Source: Elainellaceae cyanobacterium
Lineage (GTDB): Bacteria; Cyanobacteriota; Cyanobacteriia; CAZCXK01
NCBI GenBank assembly: GCA_051117555.1
Contig: JBNPEG010000094.1
Span: 1 to 33,660 of the forward strand
Length of the DNA stretch: 33,660 nucleotides
Direction of reading: 5' to 3'
Part shown: piece by piece, positions 1-10,328 of the stretch
Numbering within the stretch: the stretch's first letter is position 1
Layout: each line of letters begins with the position of its first letter
Notes under the pieces: generated by a model
Told to the model about the DNA's origin: nothing
Seen by the model: the letters and a program-made list of their open reading frames with translations, nothing else
Database searches by the model: none
Made by a program: the position numbers and the translations under genes

Positions 1-109
1 ATATACGGTGTCTTGTCTTCAGGGGAAAAATTTGACTCGGCTAAATTAGTCCCACACAACACTTGACCTACAGTGGCCTAAACAGTATCTACACAGGTCT
101 CATATTTAA

Positions 110-754
110 TTAGTCCCACCTACTTAGTGTCAGCCCTCCTGTTAGATGAATCGTCTGTAATCCAGCAACTTGTGCTCCTTCTATGTGTCGCAGTGTATCT
201 TCGATAAACAGAGTTCGACGGGGATCAAGCCCTTGCTCGTCAATGACTCGTTGAAAAATACTCACATTGGGCTTCCGATCGCCCACTAAGTGAGAATAGT
301 AGGCTTTCTCAAACATCGCTGAAATACTTTCAAATTCATTACCGTAGCAGTCGGCAAAAAGTTGGTCAAAGCGAGTTTTATGAATTTCATTGGTATTGGA
401 TAGCAAAAAGATGCGTTTTTGAGGGGCGATCGCCTTCAAGAGCGCAATACGCTCAGCCGGGATATCCAGCAGCATTGCATTCCATGCAGCATCAATGGCC
501 TCATCTGGGCAATCAATTTGAAGGAGTCGTCGAACGCCATCTCGAAATTCATCAGAGGTTAGTGTCCCCATTTCATAGGCGTCAAACAGCGGATCTTGCA
601 ACTGTTGCGTATAGAGCGTGCTGATGTCAAATCCGCACAGGTGGCTAAATGCCCGAATCGTGGCGTCATAAGAGATATTAATGATGACGCCACCCAAGTC
701 AAAGATAATTGCGTCGATCGTATTCATCCGTAGCGCTGCTCCCATCTCACTCAT
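110..754 (-). CDS. HAD-superfamily phosphatase (YihX-like)
   Basis: Motif I FDLGGV, LLSNTN, RKP and FIEDT motifs; the start may be the later Met (MNTIDA...). Confidence 0.9.
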   Translation of the reverse strand: MSEMGAALRMNTIDAIIFDLGGVIINISYDATIRAFSHLCGFDISTLYTQQLQDPLFDAYEMGTLTSDEFRDGVRRLLQIDCPDEAIDAAWNAMLLDIPAERIALLKAIAPQKRIFLLSNTNEIHKTRFDQLFADCYGNEFESISAMFEKAYYSHLVGDRKPNVSIFQRVIDEQGLDPRRTLFIEDTLRHIEGAQVAGLQTIHLTGGLTLSRWD

Positions 755-765
755 GGTTCATACCT

Positions 766-1032
766 CTAGGTCGGGTTGCGAGTTGAATACCACTGATAGC
801 TCAGCGACTCGATAATCAACGCGACGACAAACAGGACTGGATTCCAAATGCCGAGTACTAAGGCAGTAATTCCCGGTCCTGGACAGTATCCCGCGATGCC
901 CCAACCGATGCCAAAAATTGCCGCCCCGATGACCAGAGACCGATCAATATCATATCAAGTGGGTAGATAAAATTTTTCGACGACCAGCGGATGAGGCTGA
1001 CGCAACACCCAACGAAACGCTATCACTGTACC
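766..1032 (-). pseudogene. Truncated YeeE/YedE-type (DUF6691-like) sulfur-transport membrane protein with an in-frame stop
   Basis: Manual translation: [73 protein letters not shown]...; GxxxFGxGWGxxGxCPGP hallmark; TGA at 957-955; N-terminal part absent. Confidence 0.8.
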
Positions 1033-1154
1033 AAATCGATATAGTAGAAGGGCGATCGCCTAATGTAATACGCGATGTCAGACCCAGCGTCATACATGGT
1101 GTATTACGCAATATCACGCCCCATGTCCTACTCCGGATCCTATTCGATGTCATA

Positions 1155-3608
1155 GTGTTATCTGCTGGAGGCATCTTGTCTGTGACTGATATCTCATGCC
1201 TGACCCCAATTTTGGATTGGTTTAAGACCCAAGGATGGCAGCCCCTGCCGTTTCAGATGGAGGCGTGGCAGGCATATTTGGCAGCCAAGAGCGGCATCAT
1301 TCAGGTGCCCACGGGATCGGGCAAGACCTATGCGGCTGTGATGGGGGCGATCGCCGAGATGTTGGCTCATCCAAGACAAGGGCTGCAACTGCTCTACATC
1401 ACGCCTTTGCGAGCACTTTCACGCGATATTGAACAGTCCATTTGTCGCCCCATTAACGAGATGGGATGGGATCTGCGGGTCGAGTCGCGCACTGGTGATA
1501 CCAGTTCGTCTCGCAAGTCGCGGCAATTAAAAAACATGCCTCAGATTCTGATCACCACGCCTGAATCTCTGTCGGTGATGCTCTCATACAAAGATGCGCA
1601 GAGTCGCTTTGGCTCCGTACGAATGGTGATTTTAGACGAATGGCACGAACTCCTGAGTTCTAAGCGGGGCACTCAGGCGGAATTGTGTGTGTCACATTTG
1701 CGCGGCATTCAGCCTCAGATGCAAACCTGGGCAGTTTCAGCGACGCTGGGAAACCTCACCGAAGCGGCGCAAGCAGCCGTAGGGTTGGACACTGATCCGG
1801 TAATTATCCGGTCTAATCTAAAGCGAGAAACGGTAATTCGAAGCATTTTGCCTCAATCCATTGATACGTTTCCGTGGGCAGGGCATCTAGGACTGCGCAT
1901 GTTTCAAGACTTAATAGATGCGCTAGATATTGAGAAATCAACGCTCATTTTCACGAATACCCGCGCTCAATCCGAACGGTGGTTCCAAGCCTTACAATTT
2001 GCGGTGCCTGACTATGGCGATCGCATTGCGCTGCATCACGGCTCCATCGATGTGAAGGAACGAGAGGCGATCGAAGCAGGCGTTAAAGCGGGCGCGATCA
2101 AATGGGTCGTGTGTACGTCATCGCTAGATCTTGGAGTCGACTTTCAGCCCGTCGAACGGGTGGTTCAGATTGGCAGTGCTAAAAATCTGGCGCGACTGCT
2201 GCAGCGGGCAGGGCGATCGGCGCATATTCCTGAGGGCACGTCGGAGGTTCTGTTTTTGCCCACCAATGCGCTAGAGCTGCTCGAAATTTCTGCCTTTCGC
2301 AACGGCTTAGACGCTGGAGATATCGAAACTAGACCCCCGCTCAACAAGCCCTATGATGTTTTAGTTCAGCATCTGGTGACGCTGGCGTGTGGAGACGGGT
2401 TTAGTCCTGATGATGTCTTTGCTAGTGTGCGTAAGACGGTGGCGTACGAAGAATTGACAGATGAGGAATTTAACTGGATTTTAGAATTTATCACCACAGG
2501 AGGACGATGCTTGAGTGCCTACCCTCGCTATCAAAAAATAGTGTCTGATGACGGCATCTACCGTATATCTGATAGCAAGCTGGCAAAAATGCATCGTATG
2601 GGAATCGGCACAATTACGTCTAATCGAGCCGTCCGCATCGTTTATACCAATCGTCGAGAGATTGGCACCGTCGAAGAAAGCTTTGTCTCGAAACTCAAAA
2701 AAGGGGACGTGTTTTTCTTTGCGGGACGACAGCTTGAGTTTTTTATGATCAAAGATATGGTGGCTTATGTAAAAGGAACTACCCGAAAATCGACCGTGAC
2801 TCCGACCTGGGGAGGCGGTAATCTAGCTATTTCAGACACGTTGAGCACCCATCTCCGCAACGAAATTGATGCCCTTCACGGCAACACATCTCTCAATGCT
2901 GAGTTAAGCTGTATTCGCCCGATTTTGTCAGCTCAGGATCGCTTTTCTCAGTTGCCCGCTGCGAATGAACTGCTGATTGAAACGTGCAAAACCCGCGAAG
3001 GACAACACTTATATGTATTTCCATTTGAGGGGCGATTTGTCCATGAAGGATTAGGATTTTTGTGGGGCTATCGCTTTGCCAAGCAGCAAAAAGCCACTCT
3101 GACCATTTCTGTCAATGATTATGGGTTTGAGATTTTAGCTTCCAAAGGCTATCCATTTAAGGAGCTATTTTCAGATCGGTTTTTTGAGTTAGGGAATCTC
3201 TACGACGATATCAGAGCCAGTCTAAATATTTCAGAATTAACGGGGCGAAAATTTAGAGGAATCGCGCAGGTATCAGGGCTAGTGTTTAAGGGGTATCCAT
3301 CATCAAGGAAGACATCAAGTCAGCTTCAGGTCAGTTCGTCTCTAATTTACGACGTGTTTTCAAAATATGAACCGGATAATCTGCTGCTCAAACAAGCAGA
3401 ACGCGAAGTACTCGACGATCAGCTCGAAGTGCATCGGTTAGCCAAAACCCTGGAACGGCTTCAGCAGTTTTCAATCGCCTGGAATGACACGAAACGTCCG
3501 TCACCGTTTGCGTTTCCGCTACTCATTGAGCGTCTCAATTCGCGCCTGTCAAATGAAAGCGTATTAGAAAGAATCGAACGGATGAAAAAGCAGTGGGAGA
3601 AAAAGTAA
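1155..3608 (+). CDS. Ligase-associated DNA damage response DEXH-box helicase (Lhr-like)
   Basis: PTGSGKT, DEWHE, SAT, HHGS, TSSLDLGVD and QRAGRS motifs; probable start is GTG 1182 after GGAGG at 1167-1171. Confidence 0.92.
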   Translation: MLSAGGILSVTDISCLTPILDWFKTQGWQPLPFQMEAWQAYLAAKSGIIQVPTGSGKTYAAVMGAIAEMLAHPRQGLQLLYITPLRALSRDIEQSICRPINEMGWDLRVESRTGDTSSSRKSRQLKNMPQILITTPESLSVMLSYKDAQSRFGSVRMVILDEWHELLSSKRGTQAELCVSHLRGIQPQMQTWAVSATLGNLTEAAQAAVGLDTDPVIIRSNLKRETVIRSILPQSIDTFPWAGHLGLRMFQDLIDALDIEKSTLIFTNTRAQSERWFQALQFAVPDYGDRIALHHGSIDVKEREAIEAGVKAGAIKWVVCTSSLDLGVDFQPVERVVQIGSAKNLARLLQRAGRSAHIPEGTSEVLFLPTNALELLEISAFRNGLDAGDIETRPPLNKPYDVLVQHLVTLACGDGFSPDDVFASVRKTVAYEELTDEEFNWILEFITTGGRCLSAYPRYQKIVSDDGIYRISDSKLAKMHRMGIGTITSNRAVRIVYTNRREIGTVEESFVSKLKKGDVFFFAGRQLEFFMIKDMVAYVKGTTRKSTVTPTWGGGNLAISDTLSTHLRNEIDALHGNTSLNAELSCIRPILSAQDRFSQLPAANELLIETCKTREGQHLYVFPFEGRFVHEGLGFLWGYRFAKQQKATLTISVNDYGFEILASKGYPFKELFSDRFFELGNLYDDIRASLNISELTGRKFRGIAQVSGLVFKGYPSSRKTSSQLQVSSSLIYDVFSKYEPDNLLLKQAEREVLDDQLEVHRLAKTLERLQQFSIAWNDTKRPSPFAFPLLIERLNSRLSNESVLERIERMKKQWEKK

Positions 3609-3645
3609 GGCGATTCTCGTTTTGATAAGTAGTGGGGTGTAACTC

Positions 3646-4230
3646 ATGGTTTCTGCAATCCATCAAACCGTTCAGTATTTAACGACCTCATCGGATGCGG
3701 TGCCTGAACCTGCCAAGGTTGTAGAAGAATTGCTCCAGGCAGAGAAGGTCGCTCGACAGCAAAAATTGCGCTATTCCTACACTCAGTTGCTCGGCACCTG
3801 GCAATTAGGTTTTATCACCGGAACGAAGCGATCGCGCCAGCATGCAGGTGTATTAGTCGGCGCCGGTCGGTTTATTCCGTCGTGGCTGACGATCCAAATC
3901 ACGTATCAATCGTTAGACGAATTTCCCAATCGTGGCACGGTCGAAAATTCTGTGCAGATGGGGCCGTTTCGGCTTGCCCTCACAGGGTCCACCCGTTTTT
4001 GGGCAGGGACTAATATTCTATCCTTTGATTTTGGTCACATGAATGTGTCACTATCGCGATTCACGCTTTACAACGGAGACATGCCTGGCGGAAAAACGCG
4101 AGAATCGCACTTTTACGATCAAAAACTTAAAGAGCAAGCCTTCTTCAACTACTTCTTAGTGACGGATAGTCACATTGCCGCGCGGGGTCGCGGCGGGGGG
4201 TTGGCACTGTGGATACGCGCGAATCAATAA
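3646..4230 (+). CDS. Conserved cyanobacterial hypothetical protein (fibrillin/lipocalin-like: LLGTWQL...ARGRGGGLALW)
   Basis: 194-aa ORF co-oriented with neighbours; N-terminal GxW and C-terminal RGxGG motifs. Confidence 0.65.
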   Translation: MVSAIHQTVQYLTTSSDAVPEPAKVVEELLQAEKVARQQKLRYSYTQLLGTWQLGFITGTKRSRQHAGVLVGAGRFIPSWLTIQITYQSLDEFPNRGTVENSVQMGPFRLALTGSTRFWAGTNILSFDFGHMNVSLSRFTLYNGDMPGGKTRESHFYDQKLKEQAFFNYFLVTDSHIAARGRGGGLALWIRANQ

Positions 4231-4266
4231 CCCCTTAAGATAGGGATGGTCTAGCAATATAACGTT

Positions 4267-4938
4267 ATGCAATCATCTTCAGATGCTCGGCAGTATGCAC
4301 CTGCGACAGAGCGTAATCGCAAGCCAATTCTAGACATTTTGTTGCGCGTGCTGCCCCCTACAGGAACTGTGTTAGAGGTGTCGAGCGGCACTGGAGAGCA
4401 TGCTATCTTTTTTGCACCTCGACTGTCGCCCCGCCAATGGTTGCCATCTGATCCAAATCCGATCGCACGCGCCAGTATTTCAGCATGGCGGGAGTATCAT
4501 CCCTGTGATACGCTATATCCTCCCGTTGCACTTGATGCTCGTGACGCCATCTGGACGATCGAACAGGATGAACTGCCGGATGCTCTTCAAGATACCGACT
4601 TTCATCAAGGTGAAATTGTGGCGATCGCCAACATTAACATGATTCATATCGCACCCTGGTCAGCGTGTTTAGGGTTACTTTCAGGAGCCAGACGGCTACT
4701 TCCTACGGATGGGATTTTATATTTATATGGCCCCTTTAAACAGCATGGACAGCACACAGCACCCAGCAATGAGGCATTTGACCGTAGCCTCAGACTCCAA
4801 GATCCTGATTGGGGAGTGCGTGACCTCGATGAGGTAGTAGCAGCCGCGCAAGCTCAACACCTTTCATTAGTAGAAACCGTTGATATGCCTGCAAATAATC
4901 TATCGGTGATTTTCAAACACACGGGCGATCGCCCATGA
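4267..4938 (+). CDS. DUF938 family SAM-dependent methyltransferase
   Basis: APATERNRKPI, VLEVSSGTGEH, NMIHIAPW, YGPF, SNEAFD, WGVRD and MPANN motifs. Confidence 0.9.
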   Translation: MQSSSDARQYAPATERNRKPILDILLRVLPPTGTVLEVSSGTGEHAIFFAPRLSPRQWLPSDPNPIARASISAWREYHPCDTLYPPVALDARDAIWTIEQDELPDALQDTDFHQGEIVAIANINMIHIAPWSACLGLLSGARRLLPTDGILYLYGPFKQHGQHTAPSNEAFDRSLRLQDPDWGVRDLDEVVAAAQAQHLSLVETVDMPANNLSVIFKHTGDRP

Positions 4939-5084
4939 TTCGATTAGTCGCAACCCAGATGCGTGGGGCAATCTGGACGGTGATGTAGCCTACGCACTAT
5001 TATCATGTCCTAGACAAGCGCACTATGTAAGAACAATCACATTACGTAGGGTCACCCTCAGTAGGAATCATCAGGACAGAACTC

Positions 5085-5447
5085 ATGACTCAAATTGTGC
5101 TTTTTATTTTGCTAGGAGCCATAGCGGGCGTAATTAGCGGACTCATCGGGATTGGGGGCGGTGTGATTATTGTCCCTGCGTTGGTCTTTCTCTTTGGGTT
5201 ACAGCAACATGAAGCCCAAGGAACAACCTTAGCGCTCTTGGTGCCTCCAATTGGCATCCTGGGAGCGTGGACCTATTACAAAGAAGGCTATGTTGACGTC
5301 AAAATTGCGGTCTGTATCTGTCTAGGATTTTTACTAGGCAGTTTACTGGGCGCTCGGTTTGCAACAAATCTTCCGACGGTTGTGCTAGAGCGCGTATTTG
5401 GGGGGGCAATGTTGGCGATCGCCTTGAAGATGATTTGGGGTCGATAG
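5085..5447 (+). CDS. TauE/SafE (TSUP) family sulfite exporter, half-size
   Basis: SGLIGIGGGVIIVPAL and AQGTTLA motifs; four hydrophobic helices. Confidence 0.88.
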   Translation: MTQIVLFILLGAIAGVISGLIGIGGGVIIVPALVFLFGLQQHEAQGTTLALLVPPIGILGAWTYYKEGYVDVKIAVCICLGFLLGSLLGARFATNLPTVVLERVFGGAMLAIALKMIWGR

Positions 5448-5546
5448 GGGTTGATACCGCCAATCTAAGAAAAAAGGACACGAAAACCATGCTCAACTGT
5501 GAGCAAGCACGGCAGATTGGCTAAGAATATACGCTAAGAATATGCG

Positions 5547-5849
5547 CTAAGAAATACGCGCCTCGCCCACGCTCGTATCACCGGCTCGTACGACAAGAAC
5601 GTTAAACAGACTCATATCCGTTCCATCCGGAAATGACACGCTAAACGAACCGCTTGTTTGCGGTAAGGTGCCCAAATCAATTGTCTGCTTTGACAGATCG
5701 CCATTGATGGTCAAGTAAGCATGCAACTCTGAGCTATCTGCATCGGTTTGGAAATTCTGAAATGCGATATTGCCACCAATGCCTGCAATAACGGCAATTC
5801 CCAAGCTGCCGGTTGTGGTATGCCCGTCTAAGCCAGAAAACATACTCAT
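5547..5849 (-). CDS. Small DM13-like domain protein
   Basis: Pattern F.G...H.T.G, F.T....LHAYL, IDLGTL..SG..S...P...D.S.F resembles DM13. Confidence 0.55.
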   Translation of the reverse strand: MSMFSGLDGHTTTGSLGIAVIAGIGGNIAFQNFQTDADSSELHAYLTINGDLSKQTIDLGTLPQTSGSFSVSFPDGTDMSLFNVLVVRAGDTSVGEARIS

Positions 5850-5986
5850 AATAAATTTCGCTCCGTCCGTAATTTCAATACGAATAGCCTGTCTAAGCTT
5901 ATCAGGTAGAGTATTCGCCCGATAACACGCCTGTCAGGTTTTTCTGCTGCAAAGGCAAAACTAATCAGAGTCCCTAACGTATCATC

Positions 5987-6634
5987 TTAAGATTCGGTTT
6001 CAGTGTCATCTTGATTCACTGGAGAAGACTCGGGTGGCGATCGCCGCACCACGTATGTTCCCACAATGATTAGGGCATCGTCGTTGTAATTTTGGTAGGG
6101 CTGGTTGATACCGTAGGCAACCATAATATGTAGCGTTTCACCATGTTGCTCAACAAAGCTCACAGCGTCGAGTTGATTCCCATCTGGGTCGATCCCCGCC
6201 CAATCTAGGCGCAGGCTCCCATCCTCTTGAATCTGTCCAGAGGCCCCCCAGTTGACCTCCTCAAGCTGATTTGAGATTTCTTGTTTTAAGATCTCTTCGA
6301 GTTCGTCTTTTTCTAAGTCTGGAGATTGGTCGGTCAAATATTTAATTTCCCCTCCAAATCCTTCATCTGGAGCGGCAAACGTGATACCGCTGTCAGTTTC
6401 GTCAAAGGTATAGCGTTTGGGAAGTGCTAAGGCAAACCAGCCATTTGGATCTTGATAAATTTGAAAATTTTCAGGCGAAATTTCTGTCTCGCGTTCAACC
6501 GAACGTGATGACGTTGAAGCGACTGGAGACGGGCGAGACGGGCGAGACGAATCGTCAACACTGGGACGCTTCGCACATCCTGACATGAGGATGATAATCG
6601 CAATCAGGCTAACCGGAAGGACAGGGAATTTCAT
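5987..6634 (-). CDS. Putative lipoprotein, PsbP/Mog1-like fold
   Basis: Real start is likely ATG 6634 (MKFPVLPVSLIAIIILMSGC, lipobox); YQDPNGWFALALP pattern; the longer ORF call overlaps lysS. Confidence 0.65.
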   Translation of the reverse strand: MKFPVLPVSLIAIIILMSGCAKRPSVDDSSRPSRPSPVASTSSRSVERETEISPENFQIYQDPNGWFALALPKRYTFDETDSGITFAAPDEGFGGEIKYLTDQSPDLEKDELEEILKQEISNQLEEVNWGASGQIQEDGSLRLDWAGIDPDGNQLDAVSFVEQHGETLHIMVAYGINQPYQNYNDDALIIVGTYVVRRSPPESSPVNQDDTETES

Positions 6635-6791
6635 GGACTGAGATACTGATTGAGATAGGGTAATCGGAAACGAAAAACGCAGGATGAACGATGTTTGAGC
6701 GATCGCAGATTGAGGCTTGCCAGTTGCGATAGAGGCAAAATTTGCTGACTCCGTTGAGAATCGATGCGCACGCCTGCTGACCATCAGAATT

Positions 6792-8360
6792 CTAAGTCTC
6801 AGACCTCTGAGCCTCATCGGGGTGAGCCATTTTCTCAGGCTTGAGCAGCGGAAAGGCGATCGCATCTCGAATGCTGGCACAGTCGCATAGCAGCATCACC
6901 AACCGATCGATCCCGATTCCGAGTCCGCCCGTCGGGGGCATCCCGTACTCTAACGCGGTCAAAAAGTCTTCATCGATTCCCTGCGCCTCTAAATCGCCAG
7001 CCGCTCTACGAGCCGCTTGAGCTTCTAGACGTTGGCGTTGGTCAACAGGGTCCGTCAATTCTGAAAAACTGTTCGCCGTCTCTCGCCCGACAATGTACAG
7101 CTCAAACCGCTCAACTAAGTGAGACTGAGCGCGATGAGGCTTGGCGAGGGGTGAAATTTCGACGGGGAAATCGAGGACAAATGTTGGCTGAATCAGCGCT
7201 TCTTCAACCGTTTGTTCGAAGGCTTCTTGCAGCAGCTTACCGACCCGATGGCGATCGCCCGCATTCATGTGATCGAGCCGCACGCCGGCTGCTTTGAGCC
7301 GATCCTCTAATTCATTTAAATCAGCATTGCTATCATCGACTCCAAGCCATGGATTGAAGTCGATGCCCGTCTTTTCAGCAACCGCTTCACACATTGAAAT
7401 TCGACGCCAAGGAGGGGTCAAGTCTACCTCGTGCCCCTGATAGACAATAGTTAGCGTCCCTAGCGTCTCGTCTGCGACCTTCGCAATTAGATTTTCAGTT
7501 AGCGCCATCATGTCGTGATAGTCGGCATAGGCTTGATACAGCTCAAGGCTCGTAAATTCTGGATTATGCCGAGTCGAAACCCCTTCATTTCGAAAGATAC
7601 GCCCCAACTCAAACACCTTTTCAAAGCCGCCGACAATCAAGCGCTTGAGGTGTAATTCGGTGGCAATTCGCAGATAGAGTTCGGTGTCTAGCACATTATG
7701 AAACGTGACAAACGGGCGAGCATCAGCACCCCCCGCTTCGGCTTGCAGCACGGGCGTTTCGATTTCGATAAATCCCTGCTCGTCCAAAAACCGCCGAATC
7801 GCAGCCGTAATCTGTGCTCGTCTGCGAAAGGTCTGCCGCACATCAGGATTGACAATCAGATCGACATAACGCTGTCGATAGCGCTTTTCTACATCCGTCA
7901 AACCGTGCCACTTGTCTGGTAAGGGCAAGAGAGATTTGGTGAGAATCGTATACTCTCTGACGTTTATCGACAGTTCACCTTTATCGGTTCGGCGGACAGA
8001 CCCCTTGACGCCGATAAAATCTCCCACATCAGTCAACTGCTTGAGATGGCTAAATGCATCGGCATCTATATCTGCCATTTCAGCTTGAATTTTCTTCTTG
8101 TCGAGATAAAGCTGGATTGTCCCGGTTTCATCTTGCACCGTAAAGAATGCCAGCTTTCCAAATACCCGCCGCGCCAAAATACGACCCGCGATCGCCACAT
8201 CAATGTCAACCTCATCTCCATTCGGCAGGTCTGCGTATTTACTCTGAAGCTCGGCGGTGTGATGGGTTGACTCCCAGCGATAGGCATAGGGATTAAAACC
8301 AAGCGCTTTAAGTTGGGATGCTTTTTCTAGACGTGCGGCTCTTAGTTCGTCGGATGCCAT
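6792..8360 (-). CDS. lysS: Lysine--tRNA ligase (class II)
   Basis: OB fold; [36 protein letters not shown] and [16 protein letters not shown] motifs. Confidence 0.98.
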   Translation of the reverse strand: MASDELRAARLEKASQLKALGFNPYAYRWESTHHTAELQSKYADLPNGDEVDIDVAIAGRILARRVFGKLAFFTVQDETGTIQLYLDKKKIQAEMADIDADAFSHLKQLTDVGDFIGVKGSVRRTDKGELSINVREYTILTKSLLPLPDKWHGLTDVEKRYRQRYVDLIVNPDVRQTFRRRAQITAAIRRFLDEQGFIEIETPVLQAEAGGADARPFVTFHNVLDTELYLRIATELHLKRLIVGGFEKVFELGRIFRNEGVSTRHNPEFTSLELYQAYADYHDMMALTENLIAKVADETLGTLTIVYQGHEVDLTPPWRRISMCEAVAEKTGIDFNPWLGVDDSNADLNELEDRLKAAGVRLDHMNAGDRHRVGKLLQEAFEQTVEEALIQPTFVLDFPVEISPLAKPHRAQSHLVERFELYIVGRETANSFSELTDPVDQRQRLEAQAARRAAGDLEAQGIDEDFLTALEYGMPPTGGLGIGIDRLVMLLCDCASIRDAIAFPLLKPEKMAHPDEAQRSET

Positions 8361-8480
8361 GGATTCAGTTCAATCGTCACGTGTGGGCTTGCGGTCGGTA
8401 TCGTTGCAAAGTCCCATTATAGAAATTTCTGCCCCCAATAACTTGCCTGACATTCCCTTATTTTCAGTCTCACAGAATTA

Positions 8481-9305
8481 TCAGTCTTGCTGATTGGCAA
8501 ACTGACGAGCGCCCATAATCGAGAATGCGATCGCAATGAACAATAAGACGGGGATGCTGTACCACGGAAATTGGGAAAGTGGCAAATAGGCTGCTGCTCG
8601 TAAACTAATGCTGGTGTACGTTAACGGAAGCATAAACACAATAATCTTGAGCACCAGCGGCAACGTAGCTGGGTCAAAAAAGGTTGCCCCTAAAAACGAC
8701 ATCGGCACAATCAAGAAGTTATTGAGCAAGCCAACCCCTTCTAGCGACTTGACATTGAGTCCTACGATCACACCGAGCCCAGCAAAAACCGAGCAGTTGA
8801 GAATCAGCACCAGCAGAAACAGCGGGTTGATAAAGTTGAGATTTCCTGTTGCCAACATCGCAATGAGAATGACCGAGGCAGAGGTCATCAGCCCCCGAAC
8901 CACACCAGCCAGCATTTTGCCCAAAAACAGCGCCAGCGGATGAACCGGAAGTAATAGAATCTCTTCAAAGGTTTTGGTATAGAGTCGCTCACCGCAAATC
9001 GAAAATGTCGTTCCCCCAAAACAGATGGTCATCGACGATAAAGCCACCATCCCTGGAAGAATAAATTGAAGATAGCTATCTCCCGCTGGAGGAGTAATGG
9101 CGCGATCGAGGGCGCTTCCTAACCCCAGTCCAAATGCCAAAATATAAATCAGAGGAGACACCAGACCCGATGCAGCAACTTGAAGAATGCGTACCCGTAG
9201 ATCAAGCCAATCTCCCCAAAACACGGTGAGACTGTCGGCTAGAATACTTCGGACTACGGATTTCTTAAACGATTGACCCAGATTGAGTAGGGGTTGAGAA
9301 GTCAC
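8481..9305 (-). CDS. ABC-2 type transporter permease
   Basis: Six TM segments; YLQFILPG, ERxxxTFEE and FLGATFF..LP motifs. Confidence 0.88.
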   Translation of the reverse strand: MTSQPLLNLGQSFKKSVVRSILADSLTVFWGDWLDLRVRILQVAASGLVSPLIYILAFGLGLGSALDRAITPPAGDSYLQFILPGMVALSSMTICFGGTTFSICGERLYTKTFEEILLLPVHPLALFLGKMLAGVVRGLMTSASVILIAMLATGNLNFINPLFLLVLILNCSVFAGLGVIVGLNVKSLEGVGLLNNFLIVPMSFLGATFFDPATLPLVLKIIVFMLPLTYTSISLRAAAYLPLSQFPWYSIPVLLFIAIAFSIMGARQFANQQD

Positions 9306-9624
9306 GGGCGTTTCATCAACAGACTAATTATTGACTTTATTCTGGCACTTCTCACGAGCGTCATTAAAGCAAAATTGGGAAAAGCTCCAAAAAATTAAGT
9401 GCTTCCGCACGCGATCCGGGACTGCGGTCATTTAAGGCGTTTCTAGTTAGCATAGATACATGCCAGCATTCACAGTATGTTAAGCAGCTAGCCTATTGAT
9501 CCTATGAACAATGTCTTGATCCAGGTATACACTGGTGTTTAGACTAGCGTTCTCGTCAAGTCGCGCAACTTATTCAATTTTTATCTGCATACTACAGACA
9601 TTTGCACACCAAAGCTGAGTTTAT

Positions 9625-10209
9625 ATGAGACGTAAACCCAAAGCTTCTAGACCTCCTCGATATCAAGATTCTCGGTATCAAGATTCTCGATATCAGGATG
9701 ATCCACCCTCAAACAAATCGTCGTTTGGCTCCCTCGTAAATTCCACCACGCTTGCGATTATGGGTGCGATTTTGGTGCTGGGCATCGGTTTAGGCATTGC
9801 GTTTAGCACAACCATCAACGTGTCGCCCGAAAGCGTCGCATCACGAGTTGTGATTGAAGAAAGTGTCGCGAATCCTCAGGTTTGTGCCCAATATGGTGCC
9901 GGGGCAATCACGATGGATTTGCGAGCGTTTGTGACTCTAAATCCCTTTAACGTTTATGTGTCTCAACCCCTGATGCAGCCTGGATGTGTATTGCGGAGCA
10001 ACAACTGGGCATTGCTGGAGCAACGAGATTTGGTTTCTCAAGAGCAGGTTCGAGACTGTAAGCAGCGATTGAATACGTTTGGGTTTACTGGAGACATTGA
10101 GAAAAACGGCGCAACTCCAAAGATTGATTGCGTCTATCAGAATGATGCTGCTCGCAACTTGTTTTTGCGCCCGGGTGATAAATCTCCCGGCGAAACCAAT
10201 CGCTTCTAA
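9625..10209 (+). CDS. DUF3172 family cyanobacterial membrane protein
   Basis: TM helix then CAQYGA, FVTLNPFNVYVSQP, PGCVLRSNNW and CKQRLNTFGF; N-terminal RYQDS tandem repeat. Confidence 0.85.
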   Translation: MRRKPKASRPPRYQDSRYQDSRYQDDPPSNKSSFGSLVNSTTLAIMGAILVLGIGLGIAFSTTINVSPESVASRVVIEESVANPQVCAQYGAGAITMDLRAFVTLNPFNVYVSQPLMQPGCVLRSNNWALLEQRDLVSQEQVRDCKQRLNTFGFTGDIEKNGATPKIDCVYQNDAARNLFLRPGDKSPGETNRF

Positions 10210-10328
10210 TATCGAGATCTTGGCATTGCTAATCCAAGAATAAATTCGATCGCTATCAATAGGGCACTGGTATTTAGATTAATGTGGGCGATGTGCTGAA
10301 TTGGCATTAGCCCACATTTTTATTGGGT

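Noticed and set aside
955..957. In-frame TGA codons (here and at 26045) as selenocysteine or recoding
   Set aside because: The positions correspond to expected Arg/Trp rather than Cys, both genes are also truncated, and TGA is used as a normal stop elsewhere in the window
950..1174. 74-aa minus-strand ORF
   Set aside because: Out of frame with the recognisable YeeE/YedE remnant and has no motif
6635..6880. N-terminal extension of the 297-aa ORF
   Set aside because: Overlaps lysS; a lipoprotein signal starts at ATG 6634
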